From positions 2,820-66,819 of the forward strand of contig PJMG01000006.1 of assembly GCA_003173895.1 (NCBI GenBank): a stretch of 64,000 nucleotides of DNA. Direction: 5' to 3'. The notes under the pieces are model-generated. The model was not told the DNA's origin. It did no database searches and saw only the letters and a program-made list of their open reading frames with translations. Shown one piece after another: positions 9,095-19,072 of this stretch. Position numbers and translations under genes: made by a program. How positions within the stretch are numbered: the first letter of the stretch is position 1; each line of letters starts with the position of its first letter. Source of the DNA: Candidatus Levyibacteriota bacterium (GTDB lineage Bacteria > Patescibacteriota > Microgenomatia > Levybacterales > UBA12049).

Positions 9095-9781
9095 ATGGTA
9101 GAAAATGCTGCCCAATCAGTTTATATTCAACCAGAAAAAAACACTACTAGTAAAATTAAAATTATTTTACTCATATCCTTCATACTTTTAATGTGCCTAT
9201 CAATTATTGCTATTTTGTTCTTTATCCACCCTAAGCAGAATACACTCAATACAATAACTAACCAATCACCAAATTCATCAAAAGATCCTACCCAGCAAAT
9301 AAACCTATCTATGCATCAATACCTCACTCAGTGGGTAAATGCACCATATATACCATCTGATACACAATCAAATCTAGTCAAAAATAATAACACCTACTCA
9401 CTTATGTGGCGACGAATAAGTGATATTATCTTAGGAAGACTTATTTTTACTCTTTATTCAAATAATACATTTGACGCTCAACTAAGTATACATTCTAGTA
9501 AGAAAATTGATGTGCTCAATGCTCAACTTGCAAATAGTATAAGTAATATTTACTTTAATCTCAAATCTCCTGTATCATGGAATTGTGGAGAAAATACAAC
9601 AATGGAATTATGTACAAGTTTACTAAAAGAGAATAATGTTCCTTATGAACTTACAGTATATAAATTGCAAGCATTGCAAAATGATGAATTAATTGTGTTA
9701 TGTTCTCTTTCCGAACAAAATCCATTATATGGAACAAAATATTTTTGTTTAGAGAATGATGAAAAACAAATACTTAAATAA
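9095..9781 (+). CDS. membrane-anchored hypothetical protein (228 aa)
   Basis: Single N-terminal TM helix (IKIILLISFILLMCLSIIAILFFI); overlaps start of next gene. Confidence 0.5.
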   Translation: MVENAAQSVYIQPEKNTTSKIKIILLISFILLMCLSIIAILFFIHPKQNTLNTITNQSPNSSKDPTQQINLSMHQYLTQWVNAPYIPSDTQSNLVKNNNTYSLMWRRISDIILGRLIFTLYSNNTFDAQLSIHSSKKIDVLNAQLANSISNIYFNLKSPVSWNCGENTTMELCTSLLKENNVPYELTVYKLQALQNDELIVLCSLSEQNPLYGTKYFCLENDEKQILK

Positions 9782-12290
9782 TAAATTGGTTTTTATATTA
9801 GGTGTATGCTTTCTGCTTATATGCATGTTTGTGGCTATACCAAAAAAAGCGCAGGCACAACCTGCATGTAATTATGGGTTAGGTGGAAGCTGTGAGGTCA
9901 CATGTCCGAATGGTACAGGTTCGGCAGGGATTCAAGATTGTCCTCAGATTGGCGGAGGAATCAGCGAACAATGTTGTGTTGCTTTTCAATATGATTGTGA
10001 TAGTGGTACAGGACCAGGGTATTGTAATAGTCCTAATCAACAGTGTATCCTTACAAATGGATATTTCTATTCTTGTCAAACAACTTGTAACGGTACTTGC
10101 TTTTCTGGAAATGGATGTCCAGGAGGATATTCTCAATCAGGTTCTTGTGCTCTACGCACAAGTCAAAATTCACCTTTAATACAACGCACTTGTTGTGTAG
10201 CTAATGGTGGTGGACCAACTCCCCCTCCTACTTGTAATGGGCAAACGGTTTGTGGAGGGTGGGTAAATCCAGGAGCTAATACTACTTGTGCTGGAAATAA
10301 TTCTCATAGAAATTGTACTACCACTTTTACTAACTGTACTCAAAGTAGCTTTACTCAATATCGTACAGTTAATAGCTGTACAGCAGGACATACTTGTTAT
10401 ACCGATGGTACTTGTCATTTAACTAATTGCACTACTGGTGAAGTAAATTGTGGTGCTTGTGGAGGAGGTACTCAACCTGCCAATACATGTAATAATACTA
10501 ATTCTAATCCTGGAGGTAGAACCTGTCATCATAACGGTCCTGCAGGCTGTCTGAATCAAGTAACTTTTCGAGCTACTGACTGTTCATATTCATATAATAC
10601 CTGTAATAACACATATACATGTCCTGCTGGAAGTACAGGTCATACAAACTGTACTACTACTTTAACAGTACGTTTATTTATAGATTATAACCATAACGGA
10701 GTTAAAGATGGTGAAGATCCTTACTACACTGCTGCAAATGTATCAGTTAGATTGGCGTGGAATGGAGGTAGTAATACCTCAGCCTTTGATAATACAGGAA
10801 CTCATACTTTTACAGTCCAGTCCAATAATTACACACTTTCACTAGTAGGAGTCCCAGGAAATTATAGAATTATCAGTAGGAATCCATATCCTATTGGCAT
10901 GGGCCCTGCTGCGACTGTAAATCTGGCTATTACTCCACTATATTCTATTTCAGGAACTGTTTATGATGATACTAATAAAAATAAAATATTTGATCCTAAT
11001 TGTGGAAATCCTAACCCTTCTCTTTGTGATCATGGAGTAAATCAAGGAGGAGTTACTATGGTTTTTAAAGATGATGGATCTAAAACTACGGCTGCTATAA
11101 ATGGAGATGGTACATTTAATTCTGGTACTACACTCGAATCAGGAACTTATACTGTGAATTATACTTTGCCTAATGGTAATGAATGGGAAATGTCTTATCC
11201 TATACCTGCTACATTAATCATAGATGTAGGTAAACCAGGAACTTCTCGCCCCTGTAATGATGGAACCTATAATGATGTAGCTTGTGATGGAACTGGTAAC
11301 ATAACAGGTGCTGACTTTGGTATTACGAATGAATATCCTTCTCATGTAGGAATCTGTACTGATCAGAGAGATGATAATGGTTTTACCGATCCCTTACCTC
11401 AACCTCCTGGTTCTACGGCTGCCTGTGGAAACTATTCTCTAAATGGTACCTCTTATCCACTGGTAATGAGTTATGCAGATATTTGTCCCACTAATGCTGG
11501 TACAGGTATAATTTTTTCAGGCAATCAGGATCCATTTTTTGGTCAAGGAGCAGCCTCTAAAACAAATTGGAGTGTGGGAAATACTACTTATCCTGAAAAT
11601 TATACACCCGCTCAACCTGGAGTGATAACTACATCTTATGATTATTTAGTGGGATTAGCACAATCTTCAGGAATAGATTTTACTAACCCTAGTAATGAGC
11701 TTATAACTTATTGTGATTTAAATAACTGTACTTTACCCTCGAACTTACCAAATGGTGTTTATTTCGCTGATGGAGATGTTAATTTAAATGCATATACTTT
11801 TCCAAGTAATAAAGAATATGTAATTTTAGTGAATGGAAATTTAACTATAAATGGAAATATCTTACTTCCTACAGGATCAGATGCTATTTTTGCAGTTAGC
11901 GGAAATATTATTATTCCACCGACTGTGGGAGAAACTGATCCTACATCATCTGACGCTGATATCGAAGGACTCTACTCTGCTGGGGGATCAGTTCTGATAG
12001 AATCTGCTGCTACTCCCATTCAACCATGTAACAATGACGCTAGTGCTATCGATAAAAGATTAAATATTTATGGTAGTATGAATGCTAATACTAAACAAGT
12101 AGGCGGATCTGTCCAGAATCAGAGAGATCTTTGTGTCTCTGATGTCATTTGTCCTACTTATATGGTTAGTATCGGTGATGGAAATCCTGATGGAAATAGA
12201 GTCGGCGCAGGCACTGGTGTTTCATATATTCTTAATGCTCCCCAATTCATCATGCATAAGAATTATTTCTACCAGGAAGTAAACCCATAA
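9756..12290 (+). CDS. large secreted Cys-rich surface protein (844 aa) with low-complexity Cys/Thr/Asn/Gly region and two SdrD-B-like (DxNxNG..D) repeats
   Basis: Signal peptide; ~270-aa region with >40 Cys; VRLFIDYNHNGVKDGEDPYY and GTVYDDTNKNKIFDPNCG calcium-binding-like motifs. Confidence 0.7.
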   Translation: MMKNKYLNNKLVFILGVCFLLICMFVAIPKKAQAQPACNYGLGGSCEVTCPNGTGSAGIQDCPQIGGGISEQCCVAFQYDCDSGTGPGYCNSPNQQCILTNGYFYSCQTTCNGTCFSGNGCPGGYSQSGSCALRTSQNSPLIQRTCCVANGGGPTPPPTCNGQTVCGGWVNPGANTTCAGNNSHRNCTTTFTNCTQSSFTQYRTVNSCTAGHTCYTDGTCHLTNCTTGEVNCGACGGGTQPANTCNNTNSNPGGRTCHHNGPAGCLNQVTFRATDCSYSYNTCNNTYTCPAGSTGHTNCTTTLTVRLFIDYNHNGVKDGEDPYYTAANVSVRLAWNGGSNTSAFDNTGTHTFTVQSNNYTLSLVGVPGNYRIISRNPYPIGMGPAATVNLAITPLYSISGTVYDDTNKNKIFDPNCGNPNPSLCDHGVNQGGVTMVFKDDGSKTTAAINGDGTFNSGTTLESGTYTVNYTLPNGNEWEMSYPIPATLIIDVGKPGTSRPCNDGTYNDVACDGTGNITGADFGITNEYPSHVGICTDQRDDNGFTDPLPQPPGSTAACGNYSLNGTSYPLVMSYADICPTNAGTGIIFSGNQDPFFGQGAASKTNWSVGNTTYPENYTPAQPGVITTSYDYLVGLAQSSGIDFTNPSNELITYCDLNNCTLPSNLPNGVYFADGDVNLNAYTFPSNKEYVILVNGNLTINGNILLPTGSDAIFAVSGNIIIPPTVGETDPTSSDADIEGLYSAGGSVLIESAATPIQPCNNDASAIDKRLNIYGSMNANTKQVGGSVQNQRDLCVSDVICPTYMVSIGDGNPDGNRVGAGTGVSYILNAPQFIMHKNYFYQEVNP

Positions 12291-12304
12291 AAAAATTAAT
12301 CTCT

Positions 12305-12412
12305 GTCATCCTGAGTGACCCGCTTCGCCGAAGCGATAGCGAGGCGAGAACGAAAAATCTTTATCTTGGAAAGACTTAAGTATATAGATCCTTCGCTGAG
12401 GCTCAGGATGAC
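12305..12412. repeat. full-length family A GC-rich element (108 bp) with 11-bp terminal inverted repeats GTCATCCTGAG / CTCAGGATGAC
   Basis: Sits between convergent genes; internal palindromes cgcttcgccgaagcg and gatccttcgctgagg. Confidence 0.7.
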
Positions 12413-12419
12413 ATATTAT

Positions 12420-12971
12420 TTATTTTTTCATTAAAGTGAAGTTGAGGTTAGAGGGGATTTCGTTTTTATTAGAATCTAACATTTTTAATTCTGTATTATT
12501 TACTTTTAAATAATATTCCGTCTGATTAGAGTTATTCGGATTTAGTTGATAAATCAAAGCATTAGGATTATTTTTCATTCCATTTGTATAAGTCCAATTC
12601 CCCACTTCATCAAAAGGTTTTACATTTCTACCTAAATAAACTAATTCCAAGCTATAAGTCGTGGGTTTTAAGGTATTAGGATTTTGATAAAGAGTTAACG
12701 TAGTTTGAATTCCTTCACAGTCAGCGCAAGGGAATTTACCAGTATAAATTCCTACTATATTCGAATTAGCATTTTTAGTAGGAGCAAAAATAGTTTTATG
12801 TGCTAAGAGGAAGATTAAAAATCCAAAAATAATAACTAGAACCACGATTAAAATCTTAAAATTCTTATTTAATTCTCTTTTTAGAAAATTATTATTATTT
12901 TGTTTAGAAATCACTTTCTTTTTAGCAGAAGAATTTTTAATATTTTTATTTTTTTTAATTTCCTTTTTCAT
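12420..12971 (-). CDS. membrane-anchored NlpE N-terminal-domain-like protein
   Basis: Lys/Asn-rich N-terminus plus TM helix; YTGKFPCADCEGIQTTLTLYQN matches the NlpE_N PCADCxGI motif. Confidence 0.5.
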   Translation of the reverse strand: MKKEIKKNKNIKNSSAKKKVISKQNNNNFLKRELNKNFKILIVVLVIIFGFLIFLLAHKTIFAPTKNANSNIVGIYTGKFPCADCEGIQTTLTLYQNPNTLKPTTYSLELVYLGRNVKPFDEVGNWTYTNGMKNNPNALIYQLNPNNSNQTEYYLKVNNTELKMLDSNKNEIPSNLNFTLMKK

Positions 12972-13163
12972 TTGAACTTTTGCCTGTCCGCCTTAGCTTT
13001 AGCGATGGCGGAATTTTTTCATTTTAATCTCTATATTTATCAAAGTATATTTTTACATAATTTGCAATAGATAATTAGGAAATGAGATTCTTCGTTTCAC
13101 TTAGAATGACAAAAGATAAAGCAAGTAGGAATGTACTTTTAAGTAGCAAAATACATGCTACGA

Positions 13164-13202
13164 GCTGAGTATAAAGATCCTTTCGCTGAAGCTCAGGATG
13201 AC
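13164..13202. repeat. partial family A element (right-end half: gatcctttcgctgaagctcaggatgac)
   Basis: Matches right end of the 12305-12412 element; related fragment tccgcc..ggcgga + T6 at 12987-13019; solo agaatgacaa at 13103-13112. Confidence 0.55.
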
Positions 13203-13227
13203 GAAAATAGTTTATAATGACAAGAAT

Positions 13228-14724
13228 TTATTGGCAGGCGAATTGGACGGGTGGAGATAAGGGAGAAAAATTAGCAGAATTAGCTGAGGTAGAATAAGAA
13301 TATTGCGCATAATAAGTAGCACCAGTGGTAACGATATAGCCAGTAGTTAGAGATTGAGACTGAGTAGGATTAGCAGGATTAAGTGTAGTATTTAAAACCT
13401 GATTTCCTTGACTCGCGTATGTCATCACTAAATTATAGCTTTGAGCGTTTTGTAAATTAGACTGCGTATTATAATTTATAGTCACTTGCCAATTACCATT
13501 TTGCTGACCATTACAGGAAACATTAATAGTCGATCCACTAGGCGCTGATAACTGCTGCTGCGCATTAATAGTAAGTAAATTATTAGCAGATGGCGCTGTG
13601 AGAGTAAGAATATTTGATTGAGAGTAAGGCTGACCATTAGACCATAAATAAGCTTGAACATCATAAGACTGACCTGAATTAGCATTATTCCAAACCCAAC
13701 TTACCCCATCAGTGGCTGAAATATTTCCATTTATTTGATTAAAAGTACCTGTCCCTGTAGGACGAGTCGCTAACGTTATATAAGAATTAGGAGGAATGCT
13801 ACCATTTATATTTATAGTTCCTGAAATACCTGTAATAGCTGGTGCAGGTGGATTAGCTGTGGAACTAATAGCCAAATTAATATTGGATGAAGGCGCTGTT
13901 AAAGTTTGTAAACTACTACTGCTAATCAAAGATCCAGTACTACTTATTAAATTAGCTTGTATTTGATAAGTTTGACCTGAAATAGCACTACTCCACGACC
14001 AATTCACGCCATCTGTAGCAGACAGATTAGTCACTGCATTAATTAAGTTATTCGAATTATTTTGCTCAACCACTATATTAATATAGCTACCTGCAGGGAT
14101 ATAACCATCTAAATGAACATTTCCATTGATGGATGTGTTAGTAGTTTGAGGTGATTTTTGTTCTGAAACCAATGGTAAAACTATAGTATCAGCTGGTGCA
14201 GAGACAGAATTTATAGATGACTGTTCTATTACTTTTCCGCTTACCTTAATAGTGGCTTTAATATCATAGTTAGTACCACTATCAGCATCACTCCAATCCC
14301 AAGGAATATTACCACTTTGCGGCACTAATCCACTCACCACATCACTAAATTCAGCTTTACCACTAGGTCTAGCAGCTATAGCTAAGTACGAACCTGCTGG
14401 TGCATAACCTTCGAAATTTATTACACCAGAAATACTAGCAGGTGGCGCAGGTGTAGGTGTGATTATTTGTGTTTGATTTTTAGTAAAATATGTAAGACCA
14501 TTTTTACTATTAAAAAATATTAACCATACAATTGCGACTATTAAAATTATACTCACTACTCCTAAGAGTATAAGTAGTGGATTTAAAAACTTATTTTCCT
14601 TCTCTTCTTCTGTTTCAGTTGATGTGGAAGGTGGAGTTACTGGTGGAGGTGGTGTTTGTACAGGCTCCGTTGATATAATTGGAGCCGAATTATTTAAATT
14701 ATTATTTCCATCAGAGGGTTGCAT
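13228..14724 (-). CDS. membrane-anchored surface protein (498 aa) with three divergent ~95-aa tandem Ig-like repeats
   Basis: N-terminal Pro/Thr-rich segment then TM helix. The repeated pattern G(Y/S)(A/I)P(A/P)(G/N)SY..(I/L)..R(P)...F......(S/A)(T/D)DG(V/I).W.W..A.SG(Q/T).Y(D/Q)(I/V)(K/Q)A occurs three times. Confidence 0.7.
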   Translation of the reverse strand: MQPSDGNNNLNNSAPIISTEPVQTPPPPVTPPSTSTETEEEKENKFLNPLLILLGVVSIILIVAIVWLIFFNSKNGLTYFTKNQTQIITPTPAPPASISGVINFEGYAPAGSYLAIAARPSGKAEFSDVVSGLVPQSGNIPWDWSDADSGTNYDIKATIKVSGKVIEQSSINSVSAPADTIVLPLVSEQKSPQTTNTSINGNVHLDGYIPAGSYINIVVEQNNSNNLINAVTNLSATDGVNWSWSSAISGQTYQIQANLISSTGSLISSSSLQTLTAPSSNINLAISSTANPPAPAITGISGTININGSIPPNSYITLATRPTGTGTFNQINGNISATDGVSWVWNNANSGQSYDVQAYLWSNGQPYSQSNILTLTAPSANNLLTINAQQQLSAPSGSTINVSCNGQQNGNWQVTINYNTQSNLQNAQSYNLVMTYASQGNQVLNTTLNPANPTQSQSLTTGYIVTTGATYYAQYSYSTSANSANFSPLSPPVQFACQ

Positions 14725-14776
14725 TATTTAATAATGGCTGATTAACAACTGAAGTGTCAAGAGTTAAGAAAATTAC

Positions 14777-14974
14777 TTAAAGTACGTTTATTCTTTTATT
14801 AATTTTATGAGAATGAGATACTGTAGGTTTTATTAATTCTCTTCTTTTACATTCTTCATCATGTTCTAAAAGTAAATCACTCTTTTTAAGAAGTGAACTT
14901 GCGAAGCGTTCAGGTTTACCTGAAAAAACTCTTAGTTGTTTTCCACATTTTTGACAAATAAGTAAAGCTTGCAT
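14777..14974 (-). CDS. small hypothetical protein (65 aa)
   Basis: Short ORF directly upstream (same strand) of the surface-protein gene; no domain. Confidence 0.3.
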   Translation of the reverse strand: MQALLICQKCGKQLRVFSGKPERFASSLLKKSDLLLEHDEECKRRELIKPTVSHSHKINKRINVL

Positions 14975-15140
14975 AAAAGTATAAATAAAATATATCTTAA
15001 TAAGTATTCTATGTCAATAGATTGTCGCCAAAAAAATGACATCATTCAATGTGTGTGTGTTTTTATCTAGACAATAATTCTTTTAACAGTGAGTTATAAC
15101 ATGTACAAACATTTTTAATATAGTTATAATACCCTTATTC

Positions 15141-15926
15141 ATGAGTAAAATTATTGATTATCTAGCCAAACTCGAACTCTCAGATATGGAAGCCCGCTCT
15201 TATTTGAAACTCCTGGAAACTGGTCCTATAACTGTCAGTGAGTTTGCTCGCTTAATGAATATTAGACGAACTACAGCTTATCTTTATACAGATCCATTAG
15301 TAAGTAAGGGTTTAGTCATAAAAATAGTTAAAGGTAGTAAAAAACTTATCGCTCCTACACCTCCTGAAAACATAGAAGGGTTAATTGAACAGAAATTAAA
15401 TACAGCTCAATCTCTAAAAGAGACATTTCCCAAAATATTAGAAGAAATTAAGAATGAATATCAAATATTCCAAGATAATACTAATGTAGAAATTAAATTT
15501 TATAAGGGGATATATCATGCTAGAAATATTTATTTAGAAGCATTAAAAGCAGATGAATTTCGATCATACATGAAAATTGATAAAAGAGAACCTTTATTCC
15601 CTAGTAATGCTAGTGTGTTTAGTGAGGCTTTTAAAGAGAATAATAAACTTAAAATATGGGAGATTATTTATGATCCTGAATCTTCAGCAGTACCGTCTAA
15701 AGAATCTAGATCTCATATAGGTAGATATTTTTATAAATATATGCCAAAAGGTAAAAAATTAAGTTCTGAAGATATTCTTATTTATGATGGAAAAGTCGCT
15801 GTTATTAATTTTAGAGGAGGTAAAACTAGTATAGTTCTACAAAGTAAGGATTTATATAATAATTTTAAAGAAATATTTGAACTTTTATGGGATGTGCTTC
15901 CAGAACCTCCTAATCCAGATCTATAA
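15141..15926 (+). CDS. TrmB-family transcriptional regulator
   Basis: N-terminal wHTH LELSDMEARSYLKLLETGPITVSEFARLMNIRRTTAYLYTDPLVSKGLV matches TrmB N-domain. Confidence 0.7.
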   Translation: MSKIIDYLAKLELSDMEARSYLKLLETGPITVSEFARLMNIRRTTAYLYTDPLVSKGLVIKIVKGSKKLIAPTPPENIEGLIEQKLNTAQSLKETFPKILEEIKNEYQIFQDNTNVEIKFYKGIYHARNIYLEALKADEFRSYMKIDKREPLFPSNASVFSEAFKENNKLKIWEIIYDPESSAVPSKESRSHIGRYFYKYMPKGKKLSSEDILIYDGKVAVINFRGGKTSIVLQSKDLYNNFKEIFELLWDVLPEPPNPDL

Positions 15927-15940
15927 TATAATTTATTCAT

Positions 15941-16714
15941 CTACAAGAGAGGTTTTTGAGAATAGACTAAAGAATAAGTAGTAAAACCGTTACTCTTTCT
16001 TTTGGGATATATTTTAAGAAAGGATTTTACTAATGCGCTTTTTAATTCTTCTTTTTGTTCTTTATTTATATGTGCACTTCTACTAACGTTTAAGACATAA
16101 TTAGCAATAATATCTAAAGGCGCACTTGTCTTTATGGAAATTTCTTTTTTTTGTGGAGATTTTAAATTTGTTTTAGCACTTTTTAAATCTTCTAAGAATT
16201 GTGGGCAAGTCCATAATCCCCACTCTCCTCTATCTATACCATATTTATCAAAAGTTTCTTTAATGACATCTTTTAGAGGGATATCCCATTCATACATTCT
16301 CCAACCAATACATAATACCCCACCGGGTTTGAGAGCTTTAGCACAACGTTTAATAATTTCTTGGGGATTGGAGAATAAATGAAATGATTCAAATGCAATG
16401 ATAAGGTTATATTTATTAACTCCAAAATCAAAATCATCTACAGATTTATGATGCCAAATTACTTGTTTACTTTCATCTTTGGCTTTAGCCATTTCAATCA
16501 TTTTTTTCGATATATCAATTCCCTCAATAGAATGAGTAAATTTAGTTAAGGCTAGAGGTAAATCTCCGGAACCACACCCAAGATCAATAATGGTATCATT
16601 TGATTTAATATTAAAGGTTTTACCTATGAGATTTATATACTTTTCAGGCAATAAAGGAGTAAACGTGTAATATTCTTCAGCAATTGTATCAAACATTTGT
16701 ACTTTCTCTTGCAT
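15941..16714 (-). CDS. class I SAM-dependent methyltransferase
   Basis: Motif I IIDLGCGSGDL, motif post-I GIDISKKMIE, motif II/III LKPGGVLCI. Confidence 0.85.
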   Translation of the reverse strand: MQEKVQMFDTIAEEYYTFTPLLPEKYINLIGKTFNIKSNDTIIDLGCGSGDLPLALTKFTHSIEGIDISKKMIEMAKAKDESKQVIWHHKSVDDFDFGVNKYNLIIAFESFHLFSNPQEIIKRCAKALKPGGVLCIGWRMYEWDIPLKDVIKETFDKYGIDRGEWGLWTCPQFLEDLKSAKTNLKSPQKKEISIKTSAPLDIIANYVLNVSRSAHINKEQKEELKSALVKSFLKIYPKRKSNGFTTYSLVYSQKPLL

Positions 16715-16912
16715 ATATAAAATTATAACTATTTATTTAATAGGATAATATCTGTTACCTATATAAAAATTATTTAAGTTGTTTTTATAGAAACAATAAA
16801 TAGAAATAAATTTTACTATTTGTAAAATAAAAAGTCTACATTTAAGAATTTTATAATCCTCATTTGACAACTTTTAAGTTTTCTATCATAGTGATTTTAG
16901 GGGGTGATTTAA

Positions 16913-17125
16913 TTGATAAAATTATTTTTGAAACTGCGAAAAAAAGTAATTAGTTATTTAAAATTACATGCAGAATTTAATGCTTTCATTCATGCATTGG
17001 GTGGAATTGGAGTTGGAATTTTAATAGCCTCTCCCCTAGCTAATCCACATCCTGTTAGATGGGCATTGGTTTTCTTAGGAATTAGTTTAGCCGGACATTT
17101 ATACGCTTTAGGCGCTAAAAAGTAA
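16913..17125 (+). CDS. small membrane protein (70 aa)
   Basis: Shine-Dalgarno AGGGGGTGA 5 nt before TTG start; one TM helix; stop overlaps next start (TAATG). Confidence 0.4.
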   Translation: MIKLFLKLRKKVISYLKLHAEFNAFIHALGGIGVGILIASPLANPHPVRWALVFLGISLAGHLYALGAKK

Positions 17126-17934
17126 TGAAAAAAATAATTTTAATAATTATTAGTATTTTACTACTAGTAGGAATTTATTTTGTAATATTTAATCAATTTA
17201 TTTTTAAAAATCAAACTGGGAATAATGTTTTATCACCTACCCAACTAACTTCTTTACAGAACATAAACTGGAGTAAAGCGCAAGAAACGTCTCAACAAAC
17301 ATTTTATGGATTAATTTCAGGTAGACTTTATACTTTTAGTATATCTTCAAATGAAGCACAAATACAAACATTCGAAAATAAAGCAGAATTATCTAAATTA
17401 GGTTTTATTTTAGATTCTAATTTAGCAGCCAGCGGACCAGGTTCTAATATATGGGGTTATAAAAAAGTAACAAATGGGAAAACGCAAATTATTCTTTTTT
17501 CCTATCGAACTAGACCTAGTTCTAATAAACCCGATGAGCCATTACAGTTTAACTGTCCATGCGCTGTAGATTTAAATATTTTTATTAGTGATTCTTTTTC
17601 TATGACTACTTCTTTAACTCCAACTTCTTCAACATTACCAAATCCTGCATCTGAAAATTGTATTCAAAAAGGTGGAACTTTAAGAATTTTAAAGCGTGGT
17701 GATGGTGGCGAATATGGCTTATGTGATTTTGGAGATAATATGGCATGTGAAGAATGGGCTTTGCTTCGTGGACAATGTCCAGTAGGAGGTTTAAAAACTA
17801 CTGGCTATGATAATATTCAACAAATGTACTGTGCGTGGTTAGGTGGAAAAACACTAGCAGTACCTAATGCTAAATGTACTCTACCTTCTGGAAAAACCTG
17901 TAGTGTGGATGATGTTTATAATGGCAAATGTTAG
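17125..17934 (+). CDS. secreted protein with two C-terminal DUF333 (putative hemolysin)-like Cys motifs
   Basis: Signal anchor; NPASENCIQKGGTLRILKRGDGGEYGLCDFGDNMACEEWALLRGQCP resembles DUF333. Confidence 0.55.
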   Translation: MKKIILIIISILLLVGIYFVIFNQFIFKNQTGNNVLSPTQLTSLQNINWSKAQETSQQTFYGLISGRLYTFSISSNEAQIQTFENKAELSKLGFILDSNLAASGPGSNIWGYKKVTNGKTQIILFSYRTRPSSNKPDEPLQFNCPCAVDLNIFISDSFSMTTSLTPTSSTLPNPASENCIQKGGTLRILKRGDGGEYGLCDFGDNMACEEWALLRGQCPVGGLKTTGYDNIQQMYCAWLGGKTLAVPNAKCTLPSGKTCSVDDVYNGKC

Positions 17935-18194
17935 AGGTAAATTTCATCTATATAACACCAAGTAAATTCTTCTCCAGGTGAAACTGATTTCATAATAGGA
18001 TGATTAGTCGCTTTAAAATGTTTGGTAGCGTGTTTATTTTTAGATTGATCACAGCAACCCACATGACCACAGGTTAAACATTGTCTTAAATTTACCCAAG
18101 TATCACCAGTTTTTATACACTCTTCACAAAGAGTAGTATCATGGGGTGGAAAATCTTTAATTTGATCTTTATGAGTACAAACTTTATCCGCCAT
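17931..18194 (-). CDS. UBP-type zinc-finger domain protein
   Basis: CTHKD...CEEC...WVNLRQCLTCGHVGCCDQSKNKHATKHFKATNHP matches zf-UBP Cys/His pattern. Confidence 0.55.
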   Translation of the reverse strand: MADKVCTHKDQIKDFPPHDTTLCEECIKTGDTWVNLRQCLTCGHVGCCDQSKNKHATKHFKATNHPIMKSVSPGEEFTWCYIDEIYL

Positions 18195-18249
18195 AAATTT
18201 AATGTAATCCTAAATTATAGAAATTGCAATTATTAAAGTATAAGATATT

Positions 18250-19032
18250 TTATCTATCTCGTCTCGAAGATAATTGTAGAAAAAGATTATTTTGATCTTC
18301 AGTTTTTCTTAAATCTTGATTTCCAAAGTTCTTAAATGTTATTTGTTTACTAAAATCTCTTCCGTACATTATTATAAATTCCTCTAATGCTATGTGCATT
18401 GGTTTAATATAACCTTCTAACGTATATGCTTCTAATTCAAAAGTTCTACTTGAATCTATCCCGGCTCTATTTTCAACTCTTTGTCTACATATTTCCGGTG
18501 GAACCTGAAGATAAACTAACGTAGTATTTAAAAAAGAATTTTCTGTAATTCTTTTAAAATTAAAATCAAACTTATTCCATTGATTTTCCGTTATTCTACC
18601 ATTATTAAAGTGAGATCTAAGATATGTCCAACTACCAACTAGTCCAAAATCTATAAGAGGTGTTTTATTTTCTAGTTTAGCTTTTTCTATTTGTTCTCGT
18701 AATAAATTTACTCTTTTACTAAATAAACTTATTTCAAAATCAAAAATTATTTGTTGATTTTTGGCTAAATCATCAGCATCAGTATATTTTTTAGTATTTA
18801 TTAAATCCAATGATTTTAAATAGTTTATTCTTTGAATTTCTGGTAAAGTTAAAAAGAGTTCATCTGAAGCAATATTATAAAAATCTGATATTTTACTTAA
18901 TGGCTCATCAATTGTACTCTTACCACTTCCTATATTACCTATTAATAATATAGATGCGTTCGGAGAAAGTGGAGATAACTCTTCTAATCGATTAATCTTT
19001 ATTTCAGAGTATTTCTGCGCATCTATAGCCAT
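18250..19032 (-). CDS. deoxynucleoside kinase family protein
   Basis: P-loop LLIGNIGSGKSTI; dNK-like ERVENRAGIDSSRTFELEAY (Arg-rich lid/ERS motif region). Confidence 0.65.
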   Translation of the reverse strand: MAIDAQKYSEIKINRLEELSPLSPNASILLIGNIGSGKSTIDEPLSKISDFYNIASDELFLTLPEIQRINYLKSLDLINTKKYTDADDLAKNQQIIFDFEISLFSKRVNLLREQIEKAKLENKTPLIDFGLVGSWTYLRSHFNNGRITENQWNKFDFNFKRITENSFLNTTLVYLQVPPEICRQRVENRAGIDSSRTFELEAYTLEGYIKPMHIALEEFIIMYGRDFSKQITFKNFGNQDLRKTEDQNNLFLQLSSRRDR

Positions 19033-19072
19033 AAGCGCAAATGTATCATATTATTCTAGGATAAGCAAGGAT

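Noticed and set aside
15051-15060. (TG)5 microsatellite upstream of the TrmB-family gene
   Set aside because: Only five units; too short to argue for slipped-strand regulation without population data.
16715-16912. Promoter call TTGACA at 16866 upstream of the small membrane protein gene
   Set aside because: Spacing to any acceptable -10 hexamer is 14 or 19+ nt. It is not reported as a feature.
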